From contig OZ024742.1 in the NCBI GenBank assembly GCA_964016885.1, forward strand, positions 69,812,001-69,876,000: 64,000 bases of DNA. The letters are read 5' to 3'. Shown in pieces: positions 14,442 through 26,929 of this stretch; the first letter of the stretch is position 1, and each line of letters starts with the position of its first letter. The position numbers and the translations under genes are program-made. The notes beneath the pieces are model-generated. The model saw only the letters and a list, made by a program, of their open reading frames with translations. It was not told the origin of the DNA and did not search any database. The DNA is from Eledone cirrhosa (taxonomy: Eukaryota).

Positions 14442-16835
14442 TCAGTGTTTGGGCACCATGGCCCACTCGAGCAGAGAGTTATTGTTTACGGAGGCATATC
14501 CGGGTGTAGGAGGCTTATCCGGGAATTCTTGAAGGAATTTATCCAAAGACTTCTTGAACTTGATGGGGTCTGTCTCTGCTTTGATGTGTTTTGGTGTAAT
14601 GTTAAAGAGTGCAGGGCCAATTGAGGTGAAATAATTGTGCCGTATTGTTGTTATATGATGCGAGTGGGATTTTTGTCGTGGGCGGATAGCACGGGGCCAA
14701 AGCCTTGGGTGTACACTAAAGGTGGTGCCAACATCATTTGGGCTAAGCTGATGAAATATTTTCCACATCATACAGATAATGTAGCGCTCACGGCGACGTT
14801 GAAGAGAATAAAGTTTGAGCTTTTCTAATCAACCCCAATAGTCAAGGCCTGTCATGCCAACTATCTTTTTTGTAATTGACCTTTGGGGTGCTTCAACTTT
14901 CATGATACTCTGTTTCGTGTGGGGTGACCACAGTGGACAACAGTATTCAAGGTGGGGTCGGGCAAAAGTGGCGAAGAGAAGGACAACAGTGTGGATATCT
15001 CTCGACTGGAAAGTTATGAGAATCCAGGAACACATTCTGCGGGCCATATCAACTTTGCTGTTTATATGAGTGGCCCAGCTTATATTGTTGTCCACAATTA
15101 CTCCCAGGTCTCTGATGTTATTGGATGCCACTAGAGTTTCACTCGAAGAAAGAGAGTATGGTAGTTTTAGGGCATCCTTTTTTCCAAAGTGGATTAGTTC
15201 AAATTTATCCTCATTCAACAGCATATTATTCATCTCTGCCCATTGGATAACAGCCAGTAGGTCTGACTGAAGGCAAGTCCGGTCACCCACCTCATTGATG
15301 ACCCTTTGGAGCTTGGAATCATCTGCGAAGATTCTGATGTTGCTGTGTTTGATGATGTCAGTAATGTCATTAATGTAGATGATGAAAAGAAGTGGGCCCA
15401 ACACAGTGCCTTGTGGGACGCCACTGCTGACTTTGGCAGGGCTTGATTTTACTCCTTCGACTACAACATGCTGGGTTCTGCCTGTCAGGAAACATTTGAT
15501 CCACTGTAGTAACCTTCCAGAGACACCAACATTGGATAGTTTTTTTCAGTAGAATCTTATGATCAACCCTGTCGAAGGCCTTGCTGAAGTCAAGGTAGAT
15601 GACATCAGTGTTGGAGCTCTCAAAACATCGTCAAAGTGATGCAGGAGCTGCGTTAGGCAGTCCCTTCCATTACGGAATCCATGTTGGTTGGAGTTCAACA
15701 GACCGTTGCTTTCAAGAAAGTGGGTTATTCGTGATCTCCCCACCCTCTCAAATACCTTGATAATTTGAGATCGGACGGTAGTTCACTGCAAGGGACTTAT
15801 TTCCCCCTTTGAAGACTGGGACAACGGACTGGGACAGAAAGTTTTCAGGAATATAGCCAGTGTCCAGTGAGTTCTTCCACAGATTAGCAAGAGGAGATGC
15901 AAGTTGGTGTCGACACACCTTCAGGACACAAGCAGGGAACATGTCGGAGCCTACTGCTGAATTGTGTTTAATTTCGTTTATTGCCGCTAAGACATCAGGG
16001 GCGCCAAACGTTATGTCTGATATAGTGTGTTGGGGGTTAATATCACTGATACGGCCCAGATCGGCCATATCAGAGCAGTATTGTTTCTGCAGTATCTCGC
16101 CCATGGTTTTGGCATTGTCCTGGAGTGTGCCATTTTCATCAATTAGGGGTCAACAATGGAGACGGTGACCTTGTGTTTTTTAGTGAATGAGAAGAACACT
16201 TTGGGGTTGAGTTTGATTTTCTCAATGGCCCACCTCTCTTCAGCTATTCTCTGGTTATTGATAATGGTCATCATGCATTTCTGGAGGTCATATTTTTTTG
16301 ACTCAAGCAGGGTGATAGCCATTGAATGTGTGTTGCTGTTGGCAGTATTTTAGTGTGTTAATTTTTTTGTTTGTTCTTTTTAGTTTTCTGATAATTGTTT
16401 TTCTGTTTTGGGGGATACTGCACTTGGTTTTGTTCACAGGTTTTGGTGGGTTGTGTCTACAAAGATCTGCCAAGATGTTTTGATGTTGGTGGAAGTGTGT
16501 GCGTGTGTAAAAGACCAGTCGACGTGTGATAGTGTGTTCATAATTGCATCCCAATTGGCATTGTAGAGATCCATGTTATCAAATGGCTGGGCTGAAGAGA
16601 GGACCCTGGGATTAGCTTTCGGCTGGTGGAATCTCTGGTTACAAAGAACCATGTCATGGTCTGAGAGAAGGGTTTTTTCCACTGTAATATTATGTATAGT
16701 GTTAGTTTGTTTACTAAACACTAGATCCAGAATGTTCTTCTGATGCCTCGTTGGTGCAAGGACAAGTTGGGACAAGAAAAATTCATTTATGAAGTCAAGA
16801 AGTGACTCGACAGCCTCTTTGTCAGTGACAAACGT
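14442..16835 (-). mobile_element. CR1-group (CR1/L2/Crack-like) LINE ORF2 remnant
   Basis: APE C-terminus 'PTRHQKNILDLVFS', then 'NYRPIS', 'NQHGFRNGR', 'LGPLLFIIYINDI...IFADDSKL' and 'RPHLEYCCPLWSPH'; several frameshifts. Confidence 0.85.
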
Positions 16836-16944
16836 TTTTCGAAATATTTACTTCTGCGTTCACAAATTGATTTTTTTAGTTTCAGAAGATCCTGTTAAGG
16901 GTGAAAGCAGCGATTCTTTGCTTAAACTTTAATCTGTTATTTTG

Positions 16945-16975
<31 letters not shown>

Positions 16976-17157
16976 TATTCGTGTACAGATATTTTTGCAT
17001 ACACAATAACAAAATATAAGCAAAAGTATTTATTTCGCGATAAAGTATAGATTTTCTTCGCACGGAAAAACCCCCTGATAATCTACGACGAATATATTTT
17101 TATAAGCACAAAATGTAGCACCATCCCGAGGCCGAGGTATTCCGTACTTCTCTGTAC

Positions 17158-17221
<64 letters not shown>

Positions 17222-17515
17222 CGGCATTCCTGTTTTAACGACATCACAACTTTCTCCGCTTAGCCTGTTCCCCCCCTTTTGGAACTTTTCCCCCGTTGAT
17301 GGGCGTGAGCCCGAAATATTGGGATTAAATCTCCACTACGGTAACCCTTCTACCTTTGTTTTGTTTTCATCTTTGTCTCTCTCAATTTTCACTTTATCCT
17401 ATTTCTCCTATCTATCATTCACTTCCTACCTCGAGATTTCCCTCTGCATTGTTGTGGCTTTCTAAACTACGTATTTTACACATTTCACAATGCTTCAAGC
17501 AAACTTTAACACCCT

Positions 17516-17574
<59 letters not shown>

Positions 17575-17602
17575 GATATATTAACAAATGGAAACCATAT
17601 TT

Positions 17603-17665
17603 ATTTCATTATACATATTTCAAGGACACCAAGTTAAATTATGGTGTGCTTTCATCAGATAAAAT
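17603..17665 (-). ncRNA. Minimal type I hammerhead ribozyme (inverted copy, longer loop II)
   Basis: Reverse complement of the 17811 motif with the core intact. Confidence 0.75.
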
Positions 17666-17810
17666 ATAATATAGATCAGTTTTATAAATAAATATTGACA
17701 TACCCTTAAAGAATGCGACCATTTCTGTTGGAAGCTCCCGGATAGAAATGGAAATGGTCGCATTCTTTAAGGGTATGTCAATATTTATTTATAAAACTGA
17801 TCTATATTAT

Positions 17811-17866
17811 ATTTTATCTGATGAAAGCACACCATAATGGTGTCCTTGAAATATGTATAATGAAAT
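17811..17866 (+). ncRNA. Minimal type I hammerhead ribozyme
   Basis: AUUUUAU-CUGAUGA-AAG(c)ACACCA uaa UGGUGU(c)CUU-GAAA-U AUGU A-UA^-AUGAAAU. Confidence 0.8.
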
Positions 17867-18520
17867 AAATATGGTTTTATAAATATAGTTTCCATTTGCT
17901 AATATATCGTATTTTTACTTCAATAATTTGTTGAGTGCTTTATATCAGTTATAAAAATATTTACTTGTTGTATCCCAACAATTTAAATAGAACTTCTACA
18001 TATATAGTACAGATATTTTTACATACACAATAAGAAAATATAAACAAACGTATTTATTTCACGAGGCTCGATAAGGATAAATATATATCAAATAAATAAG
18101 AACTCTAGATCAACTCCCGAGCAACGCCGGGCCATTCGGTTAGTATATATATAATACTATGTCGCGAATATGTATGTAAAAGTATTGAGGTGGTGTAGAT
18201 AATAGAATTAGTGTTGCATATAATATAAGGTGTTGAGATGATATATATAGATAATAGTATACAATATGAGGTGGCATATAACAGATTTGAATTAATGTAT
18301 ATGATATGTGGTGCTGGGTAAATGTAGAAAATATAATGATTAGGCGATAGATAAAAGATTTTGCAGTTGCCGTGGAAAAACACTTACATGCAGGCGACCT
18401 AATTCAATCCATATTCATTTACATACACACCAAACACCAAATATAAACATAGCAAATACACTTGAAAGAAACCCATTATCAAGACAACACCCATTATTGA
18501 TTTTAGTTTGAATTAGTGTT

Positions 18521-18705
18521 GAATTGGCAGTATCGGTAGAGGGTCGGACACCATGATTTGACGCATAGAGTTACGGCCCTTGCCATTCTGAGTTCAAATC
18601 CCGCCGAGGTTAACATTGCTTTCATCCTTACGGGGTCGATAAAATAAAGTACCAGTAATGTACTGGGTAATTGCTGGCCTTGTGCCAATAATAGAAACAA
18701 TTATT
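18521..18705 (+). mobile_element. MetaSINE copy with TSD ATTATTGATTTTAGTTT
   Basis: Same family consensus. Confidence 0.88.
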
Positions 18706-19232
18706 GATTTTAGTTTTATTTTCGATGAGAAAACAGCTAATCAACCCAATAACGATTCTTGGAGATTGTATATGATATTCTCTTCACTCTGTAAACTTTC
18801 CTGAATGATAACCCTTTACTCACTTACTCTACTATGAAACAAATTGTAAAATCAAACCACTGAAATCATTCAGCCAAAGCAAATGAAGATAACAAACACT
18901 TGAACACCAAAACAGATCCTATATTTACCTATTTCACTCCTTCAGAAATATAACTTTATCCCGTCATAATTTATAATTAATATTGATCGTGTAAATCTCT
19001 TACTATTTATTTCACCAAACACAAGTGGAATGGAAATTGCCTGGTAATTATACATACACAAGGTAAGGAAATAATAAAGGGGGTGTGTGTGTGTATATAT
19101 ATGTGTATGTATATGTGTGTATATATGTGTGTATATATGTGTGTGTATATATGTGTATGTACACATATATATATATATTTTCAAATCTCAAATTTTAACT
19201 CTTCTTATTATTAATTTTTCTTAATATTAATC

Positions 19233-19280
19233 AACATTTGAAAAGATGGCTTTTGCAGACCCAGCGAAACCGGTCATTTT
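19233..19280 (+). ncRNA. Variant hammerhead (U3/A8 core) in the 5' pLTR
   Basis: UUGAAAA-GAUGG..CCAGC-GAAA-CCGG-UC^; one stem II mismatch. Confidence 0.55.
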
Positions 19281-19451
19281 TTATACCCTTTATTATTTCC
19301 TTACCTTATAAAATTATATGTTTTTTCACAAAAAAGTATTCTGTCTCTTATATATTCCATGTGCCATTACCAACCTCAATTTTCTCTATAACCTTCGTTT
19401 TGTGTAGTAAATTACACTTTTCATATATACTAACCTACGCAAATCCGGAAA

Positions 19452-20732
19452 ATGGCACTGGAACAAGACAACACAACTTCAAACTCCAATATAAATGAGG
19501 AAATCCTGAAAATCCTAAAAGAGATAAATGGAAAACTCACCATTCTGACAAAAAAACAGGATATACCCCAAACCACCACACCGACTGACAACCAAATTTA
19601 TTTAAACGTTCAAAACGTATGCAACTCCATTGAAAAACTTATGAATACCAACACAGAACAGACGACATTGCTCCATATCAAAAATCAAATGGGACACCTC
19701 TGGAAAAAACATCTAAAAACCAGAAAATTCACTTTCTGGAATATGATAAAAAACCTCAACAAAGCTGGAATTTACCAAAAATGGATTAACTCAACACCGA
19801 TAGTTTTACCACGTAAATTCCAAATAAAGCATATTACAAACGAACCTGAACCAGAAAGAAAACTCCGTGAACAAATGTCACTCAACAGGATAAACATGGA
19901 AATAGAACTCCTAAAATTAAGGGCCACCTCCAACGAGCAAGAGTATAAGGATACTGATAAAAATATGGAGGAAGAATGCACTAAAAAGGCCAAGGGAACA
20001 ACCCTACACAATTTAATCAAATCGTGGAAACAGGACTGCAAGAATGCAGAAATTATTTCCCTTAAACGGTGGGAAAAATCCGAAAACTGGTTCCTCAAAT
20101 ATGAAGAAGACTTTAAAAGGACGCACCAAACAGGTAACCCCTTTATAAAGCATTTGAACATAACAAGAACTACAACAGACACATTTACACCACCAAACCC
20201 AACACACACTAACCACAGGCACATCCCCCACCAACACAAACCAAATACGTCCAACTACACCAAAAGAAACACACCCAACCACCACAACACAGGTTTCCGT
20301 AGAAATTCCCCCTACATAAACCAACGACGAAATAACATGGATCCAACTCACAACACACACACCACATTCCTCAGAAGAAATCCACCCAGACCACTTGAAA
20401 TCACAACAGAACTTACCCACAACCACACCAGACATCACCCTCAATCCAACAAAAGACAACCCCCCAACCTCAACACTCTGTACCACAGAAATAACGCACC
20501 CAGACCACATGAACCAACAACAGAACCCTTGCTCATCAACAACCACAACACATACCACCCCCACCATCACATTCACCCTCATGAAACAACAAGCTACAGA
20601 CCCACACGCAACAGACCAACAAAATATAATCACACACAAAACTACATTCCTTTTTTAGGGAAAAGCCTGAAATACAAGGATACTCGATGCCCCCCCCCCC
20701 CCCCCCCCCCCCTCAGGAGAAACCAAAAATAA
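19452..20732 (+). CDS. PLE upstream ORF (426 aa; helical N-terminal half, H/N/P/T/R-rich low-complexity C-terminal half)
   Basis: Uninterrupted ORF starting just after the 5' pLTR; overlaps the RT ORF, which lies in the -1 frame. Confidence 0.75.
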   Translation: MALEQDNTTSNSNINEEILKILKEINGKLTILTKKQDIPQTTTPTDNQIYLNVQNVCNSIEKLMNTNTEQTTLLHIKNQMGHLWKKHLKTRKFTFWNMIKNLNKAGIYQKWINSTPIVLPRKFQIKHITNEPEPERKLREQMSLNRINMEIELLKLRATSNEQEYKDTDKNMEEECTKKAKGTTLHNLIKSWKQDCKNAEIISLKRWEKSENWFLKYEEDFKRTHQTGNPFIKHLNITRTTTDTFTPPNPTHTNHRHIPHQHKPNTSNYTKRNTPNHHNTGFRRNSPYINQRRNNMDPTHNTHTTFLRRNPPRPLEITTELTHNHTRHHPQSNKRQPPNLNTLYHRNNAPRPHEPTTEPLLINNHNTYHPHHHIHPHETTSYRPTRNRPTKYNHTQNYIPFLGKSLKYKDTRCPPPPPPPLRRNQK

Positions 20733-22978
20733 TCAACCTCTCAAAGACACCTCTAACCAACACACAAATCAACATTTTAAGTAAGGGCCTGAAATTTACA
20801 CCTACACCACGTAAACCAAACATCCCCGAAATGAAGGATGACATCATGGAATACTGCCGAAAGCTGCGACTAACGGAATTCTTCCACAACGACACCAACA
20901 CTGAAGACGAATCACTGGTTAGAAATAAAAGCAATTTCTGCCCACAAAAGGGAAGAAATAAAGCACTGGACACGTACTGCGAACACATCACCAACTTTCC
21001 CTATGAAAAAATTACAAATAAACACACGAAATCAAACCTATCTACACACGAATGGGAAGAATTATTCACACTTAGAAACAACCCTGAGATAACTATCAAA
21101 GAAGCCGATAAAGGCAGTACTGTTGTCATTATGAATACGGACTACTATAGGACCCTCGCACTTAACATTTTAGAAAACAACACATACTATGAAAAAACAG
21201 AAAACTACAAACACACCAAAACAATGGGGAACCTTTTGACCTTACTGAATAAATACCGCAACAGCTTAACCACAAAGGAGTTTAACTATATAAGCCACTT
21301 CAAATGCAATACAAGCTCTTTTTACGGCTTACCGAAACTCCACAAATGTAAACCCATAAACGATGCATGTGACACCTCAACCAACAATTACATTGAACTA
21401 ACACCACCAGAAGACCTAAAACTCAGGCCAATTATAGCAGGCCCTACATGTGAAACCCACAGACTTAGCAACTTTCTGGACATCCTACTGAAACCCTTTC
21501 TACAACATATACAGAGCTACATACGAGATGACCTTGACATGCTGAAACACCTCCCTAAAACAGTAAGTACAAATACAATTCTTGTCTCCTTTGACGTAAT
21601 AAACCTCTACACAAACATACCCCACAACTATGGAATAACAGCAGTCCAATACTGGCTTAACACACACCCATCAGAAATACCGACACGCATCAACAAAGAT
21701 TTTATCACTGACGGACTCCGCTTTATCCTACAAAATAACTACTTCACATTCAATGGTTCAACATACAGACAAGTATCAGGTACGGCAATGGGCACGAAAG
21801 TAGCACCTACATATGCCAACCTAGTCATGGGATTCCATGAACAACAAATATACAGTCAGTCCCTTCTCTTATTTGGAGACTCTTTCCACACACACCTCAA
21901 ATCCAATTGGAAAAGATATCTAGACGACTGCTTTATCCTATGGCAAGAAGACATGAACTCACTTACTATGTTTAAAAACATGATAAACAACATAGATAAT
22001 AACATACAATTCACAATGGAATCCAATCCCAAGGAATTAGCCTTCTTGGATATTCTCATCTCTGTAATAGACGGGAAATTAGATACAGCTATATTCTATA
22101 AACCTACAGATTCCAAGCAATACCTCTTTTTCACATCAAGTCACCCAAAACATACAAAACTTAACATTCCTTACAATTTGGCCAAACGTATATGTACCAT
22201 AGTATCAGATCCACCTAAAGGGGAGCAAAGACTAAAGGAACTAAAAGACACCCTTATCTTAAGAGCCTTTCCACTTGAAATAATCAACAATGGAATAGAC
22301 AGGGCAAAACACCTAAATCCCCATCAACTTAACAATCCAAAACAGAAAACCACACTCAACACCCTGCCATATGTATCCTCTTTCAACCCCAGAAATACCG
22401 AAATGTTTGATCACCTACACAAAAACCTCACCATCCTACTTAAAGATGTAAAAATGAAGTCTATTCTTGAAACACACAAAATCCTTAAAAGTAAAAGACA
22501 ACCCAAATCACTAAAACGCATTCTCACTGGACCAAATATACCCAAACCAATCCTCAACCCTACAGTTACCAAATGTGGTAGAACAAACTGTGGAACGTGC
22601 CTCTACCTCACTGAAGGACAAAAATTTACATTTAAAGATGGCCAAACATTTACAGTAAAAAACAATTTCACCTGCAACTCGGAGAACTTGATTTACGCAA
22701 TAACTTGCGGTGGGTGCAAACACAACTACATAGGACAGACGGGCACCTCATTACGCAAAAGAATGACCATCCACCGCCAACAAATCCGGGACGCTAGCAC
22801 AAGAAAAATCCCCTTGAGCAGCCATATTGCGAACTGCGCAGGAATGACACTACCCAACTTTAAAATCTTCCCCTTCTACAAGTGCTCAGATTCGTTCACA
22901 CAGCAACAAAGAATAAACAAAGAAAATCTATTCCTTAACAAATTTAAACCAAAACTAAACAGGTTATCACTCCAATAG
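20687..22978 (+). CDS. PLE reverse transcriptase + GIY-YIG endonuclease (763 aa)
   Basis: 'LSKGLKFTPTP', 'IKEADKGSTVV', 'LRPIIAG', 'SFDVINLYTNI', 'GTAMGTKVAPTYANL', 'RYLDDCF', 'AFLDI', Neptune-type linker 'CGRTNCGTC', and GIY-YIG 'NLIYAITC..C...YIGQTG..LRKRMTIH'. Confidence 0.95.
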   Translation: MPPPPPPPPQEKPKIINLSKTPLTNTQINILSKGLKFTPTPRKPNIPEMKDDIMEYCRKLRLTEFFHNDTNTEDESLVRNKSNFCPQKGRNKALDTYCEHITNFPYEKITNKHTKSNLSTHEWEELFTLRNNPEITIKEADKGSTVVIMNTDYYRTLALNILENNTYYEKTENYKHTKTMGNLLTLLNKYRNSLTTKEFNYISHFKCNTSSFYGLPKLHKCKPINDACDTSTNNYIELTPPEDLKLRPIIAGPTCETHRLSNFLDILLKPFLQHIQSYIRDDLDMLKHLPKTVSTNTILVSFDVINLYTNIPHNYGITAVQYWLNTHPSEIPTRINKDFITDGLRFILQNNYFTFNGSTYRQVSGTAMGTKVAPTYANLVMGFHEQQIYSQSLLLFGDSFHTHLKSNWKRYLDDCFILWQEDMNSLTMFKNMINNIDNNIQFTMESNPKELAFLDILISVIDGKLDTAIFYKPTDSKQYLFFTSSHPKHTKLNIPYNLAKRICTIVSDPPKGEQRLKELKDTLILRAFPLEIINNGIDRAKHLNPHQLNNPKQKTTLNTLPYVSSFNPRNTEMFDHLHKNLTILLKDVKMKSILETHKILKSKRQPKSLKRILTGPNIPKPILNPTVTKCGRTNCGTCLYLTEGQKFTFKDGQTFTVKNNFTCNSENLIYAITCGGCKHNYIGQTGTSLRKRMTIHRQQIRDASTRKIPLSSHIANCAGMTLPNFKIFPFYKCSDSFTQQQRINKENLFLNKFKPKLNRLSLQ

Positions 22979-23294
22979 AATTGTCATAAAATATAAACAC
23001 ACAGTGACAGATATATGTGTTTGTATGTGTGCATGTATATAATTATCACTACTATTAAAGACCAGAGACCAATTCTGTAGAATCAGGTTTATTCGTTGAC
23101 AGACCATGCCTTTGTGTGACCAACACATCCATGTTAAACCCTGCACGTGCACACACATATATCTATATATATAAATGCGCACACAGAATTCACCACTGTC
23201 GGTTGCGGGGCCCAATCTACATGAAGAACTCAATGTGATCAGAATGACTTGTATTTTAATTTCACTGTCCTAACTTCTTATATTATGGAAAAAA

Positions 23295-23368
23295 TATATG
23301 TGTATGTATGTATATATATATATTTGGAGGCCATTTCTCTGTGTGTGGGTGTATGTATGTGTATATAT

Positions 23369-23400
<32 letters not shown>

Positions 23401-23830
23401 ACATGTGGATGTATGTATTGTGTGTGCGTGTGTGTGTGTGTGTATGTATGTGTGTATCTGGATGTATGCGTATGTGTATATATATATGTGTGTGTGTGTG
23501 TGTATATATATGTGTGTGTATGTGTATATATGTGTGTGTGTGTGTGTGTTTGTGTGTGTGTATGTATATATATGTGTGTGTGTGTATGTATGTGTGGGGG
23601 TGTGTGTGTATATATATGTGTATGTATATGTGTGTATATATGTGTATGTACACATATATATATGTGTGTGTATGTGCATATATGTGTGTGTGTATATGTG
23701 TGTGTGTATATATATGTATGTGTGTGTGTATGTACGTGTGTATATGTATAGATATATATATATATATGTATATATGTGTATGTATATGTATATGTATGTA
23801 TGTGTGGATGAAGGTATGTGTGTATATATA
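23295..23830. repeat. Compound (TG/TA)n microsatellite inside the Neptune PLE 3' region
   Basis: Directly visible; similar compound tracts at 27790-28090, 46675-46880 and 47160-47500. Confidence 0.9.
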
Positions 23831-24141
23831 GGTGTAAGTGCACTAAATCCCTTTCTATCAATCTCCCCTCTCCTACCTACCACAGGAAGATATATGTATG
23901 TATATTGCTTCCACCCCCTCAGTGACCAGCAGCTGGCCATCTGGCCATTGCTAAATTTGACCTTTATAAAATAACCCACACCCCCAAATAACTTCTTATT
24001 CACTACCAGAAAGGCACCCAGCAGTCAACGAGCTGCTACCAAGATGAAAACTACTGTGAAATCCCACAATGAATTTTATACTTGAATTTTCAAATCTCAA
24101 ATTTTAACTCTTCTTCTTATTAATTTTTCTTAATATTAATC

Positions 24142-24189
24142 AACATTTGAAAAGATGGCTTTTGCAGACCCATCGAAACCGGTCATTTT
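24142..24189 (+). ncRNA. Variant hammerhead (U3/A8 core) in the 3' pLTR
   Basis: aacau-UUGAAAA-GAUGG...CCAUC-GAAA-CCGG-UC^-auuuu; perfect 5-bp stem II and palindromic stem III; stem I is weak. Confidence 0.65.
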
Positions 24190-24332
24190 TTATACCCTTT
24201 ATTATTTCCTTACCTTATAAAATTATATGTTTTTTCACAAAAAAGTATTCTGTCTCTTATATATTCCATGTGCCATTACCAACCTCAATTTTCTCTATAA
24301 CCTTCGTTTTGTGTAGTAAATTACACTTTTCA

Positions 24333-24779
24333 TATATATATATAAAAGCAAGTCGGTCTGTGTGTCTGTCTGTGTACAAATACTAGGCTCCTTTTAACTT
24401 TTGAAGTACTAGGCCGATTTGCTTCAAGGAATGATATTTCTATGTCCAGTAGATGATCAACGTGGTAGTGGCAGCGCCATCTTACGCATAGGGTTTAGTC
24501 TACTGAAGGACATACGGTGCGTCTATTCCATCTTTATCCCCTTACTCATACCTACTACAGCAAGGCCGGACCTGAAATCAATCACGTCAATTAACTCAAG
24601 CTACCCCATGAATTGTTTTTATGTTGTCGTTTATTTCACTCAATCATATCACTGTATACCCATTTTGTTAAACTTTTTTTTACAATTACATTTCAATTCT
24701 TTGCTCAACCTTTGGCTCTCTTTATACGGACAAACAGGCTGTCATTCATTTCCCGAGCAACGCCAGGTACATCTGCTAG
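24333..24779 (+). mobile_element. Non-autonomous Helitron-like element
   Basis: 5' TATATATAAAAG followed by GTCT-type repeats; 3' hairpin CCCGAGCAACGCCAGG then CTAG|T at 24776-24780. A related 3' end (CCCGAGCAACGCCGGG...TTAG|T) occurs at 18115-18143. Confidence 0.65.
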
Positions 24780-24975
24780 TATATATATAAAATTAAGAGA
24801 CGTAGCAAGTCATATAGACTGAACAAAACTTCTGTCATTTCCTCACTCAATGATCTATTAAGTTCATATTAATCGAACCCAGCTTGCCAGATTGCGCACT
24901 TTCATTAATTCGTGTGTGTAAGATGCTAAGGTACCCGGACTGCTGCAACAGTTTCTGCGGTCCCAATCTGCTGGC

Positions 24976-25970
<995 letters not shown>

Positions 25971-26110
25971 AATTTAATTTATAATAAATTGAATTGAAAG
26001 CAACTGGTGCGTGTGTTTCTTATTGGCAACATGACCCTCCCAACGTATAATAATATCGGTTTCAACACACGTTTTCAGATAAAGAATCTTGCTAAACAAA
26101 TTCAGAAACG

Positions 26111-26202
<92 letters not shown>

Positions 26203-26234
26203 CGTTTCTGAATTATATATATATATATACATAC

Positions 26235-26267
<33 letters not shown>

Positions 26268-26309
26268 CATATAAATAAATAACTATATATATATATATAT
26301 ATATATACA

Positions 26310-26783
26310 TTTTGTCAAAGCTCTTTCGTCACACATTCTGTAACCTCCTCAGTGACTAGGTTTTTATTTTGTATGTCTCTCCTTCGTTCTGTCCTACACC
26401 ATCTTGTTTTTGCGTGTTGTGTGTTGTGTGCGTAATTTGCGCATGCGTTACATCCTGGTATGTGTGTGTGTTTTTATTAATTTATTTATTTGTTTATTTA
26501 TTCGTCAATAGTTGGTTGTTTGTTCTATCTGTGTGTGTCTGTATGTCTTCATTTTGTCCTTAATTACTAGTCTTGATGTTGTTGCTATTCCTCTCATGTT
26601 TTCTGTTTAATTTTGGTTGGAGTGATTTGCCTGAGCATTGCATCTTTTCTGTGTGTGGATATAATTTTTATTTCTATGTTCTCTAGTGTGCCCCTATGTT
26701 CTATTTTGGCATGTTGGTGGAGTACTGATGAGTTTCCCCATCCTGGAGTTCTCGCCAGTGTTCAATTACCCTTTCTCTTATGC
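26310..26783 (-). mobile_element. Diverged inverted copy of the same PLE 3' end
   Basis: Reverse complement aligns with ~25430-25905 ('[10 protein letters not shown]...'), includes the HHR, and is flanked by (TA)n on both sides. Confidence 0.8.
26314..26356 (-). ncRNA. Minimal hammerhead ribozyme
   Basis: GUCA-CUGAGGA-g-GUUACA gaaug UGUGAC-GAAA-GAGC-UU^-UGAC; differences from the 25862 copy fall at N7, a G.U wobble and the loop. Confidence 0.65.
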
Positions 26784-26894
<111 letters not shown>

Positions 26895-26929
26895 GTGTGT
26901 GTGTGTGTATATACATATATATACACATA

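Larger units (their letters stand above)
17572..18000. mobile_element. Small fold-back PLE-terminus element (arms ~155 bp) with two HHRs and a 3' tail
   Basis: 17572-17725 is the reverse complement of 17751-17911 apart from small indels; follows a (TA)n tract; tail motif GTTGAGTGCT at 17930. Confidence 0.8.
19177..24338 (+). mobile_element. Near-intact Penelope-like element (Neptune-type) with direct pseudo-LTRs
   Basis: ~253-bp direct repeats 19177-19429 and 24086-24338 flank an upstream ORF and an RT+GIY-YIG ORF; both ends abut TA-rich microsatellite. Confidence 0.93.

Noticed and set aside
16880-17330. HHR-like strings at ~16883 (CAGAAGA..GAAA) and ~17295 (TTGATGGGCGTGAGCCCGAAA); similar ones at ~10459, ~26060 (minus) and ~40916
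   Set aside because: Catalytic core mutated or GAAA/UH/stem I missing; not counted as ribozymes.
23249-24003. Long [12 protein letters not shown] ORFs (also at 1165, 3266, 26000-26990, 27792, 31102, 46623-47650, 55502 and 56365)
   Set aside because: Translations of stop-free (TA)n/(TG)n/(CA)n microsatellites.
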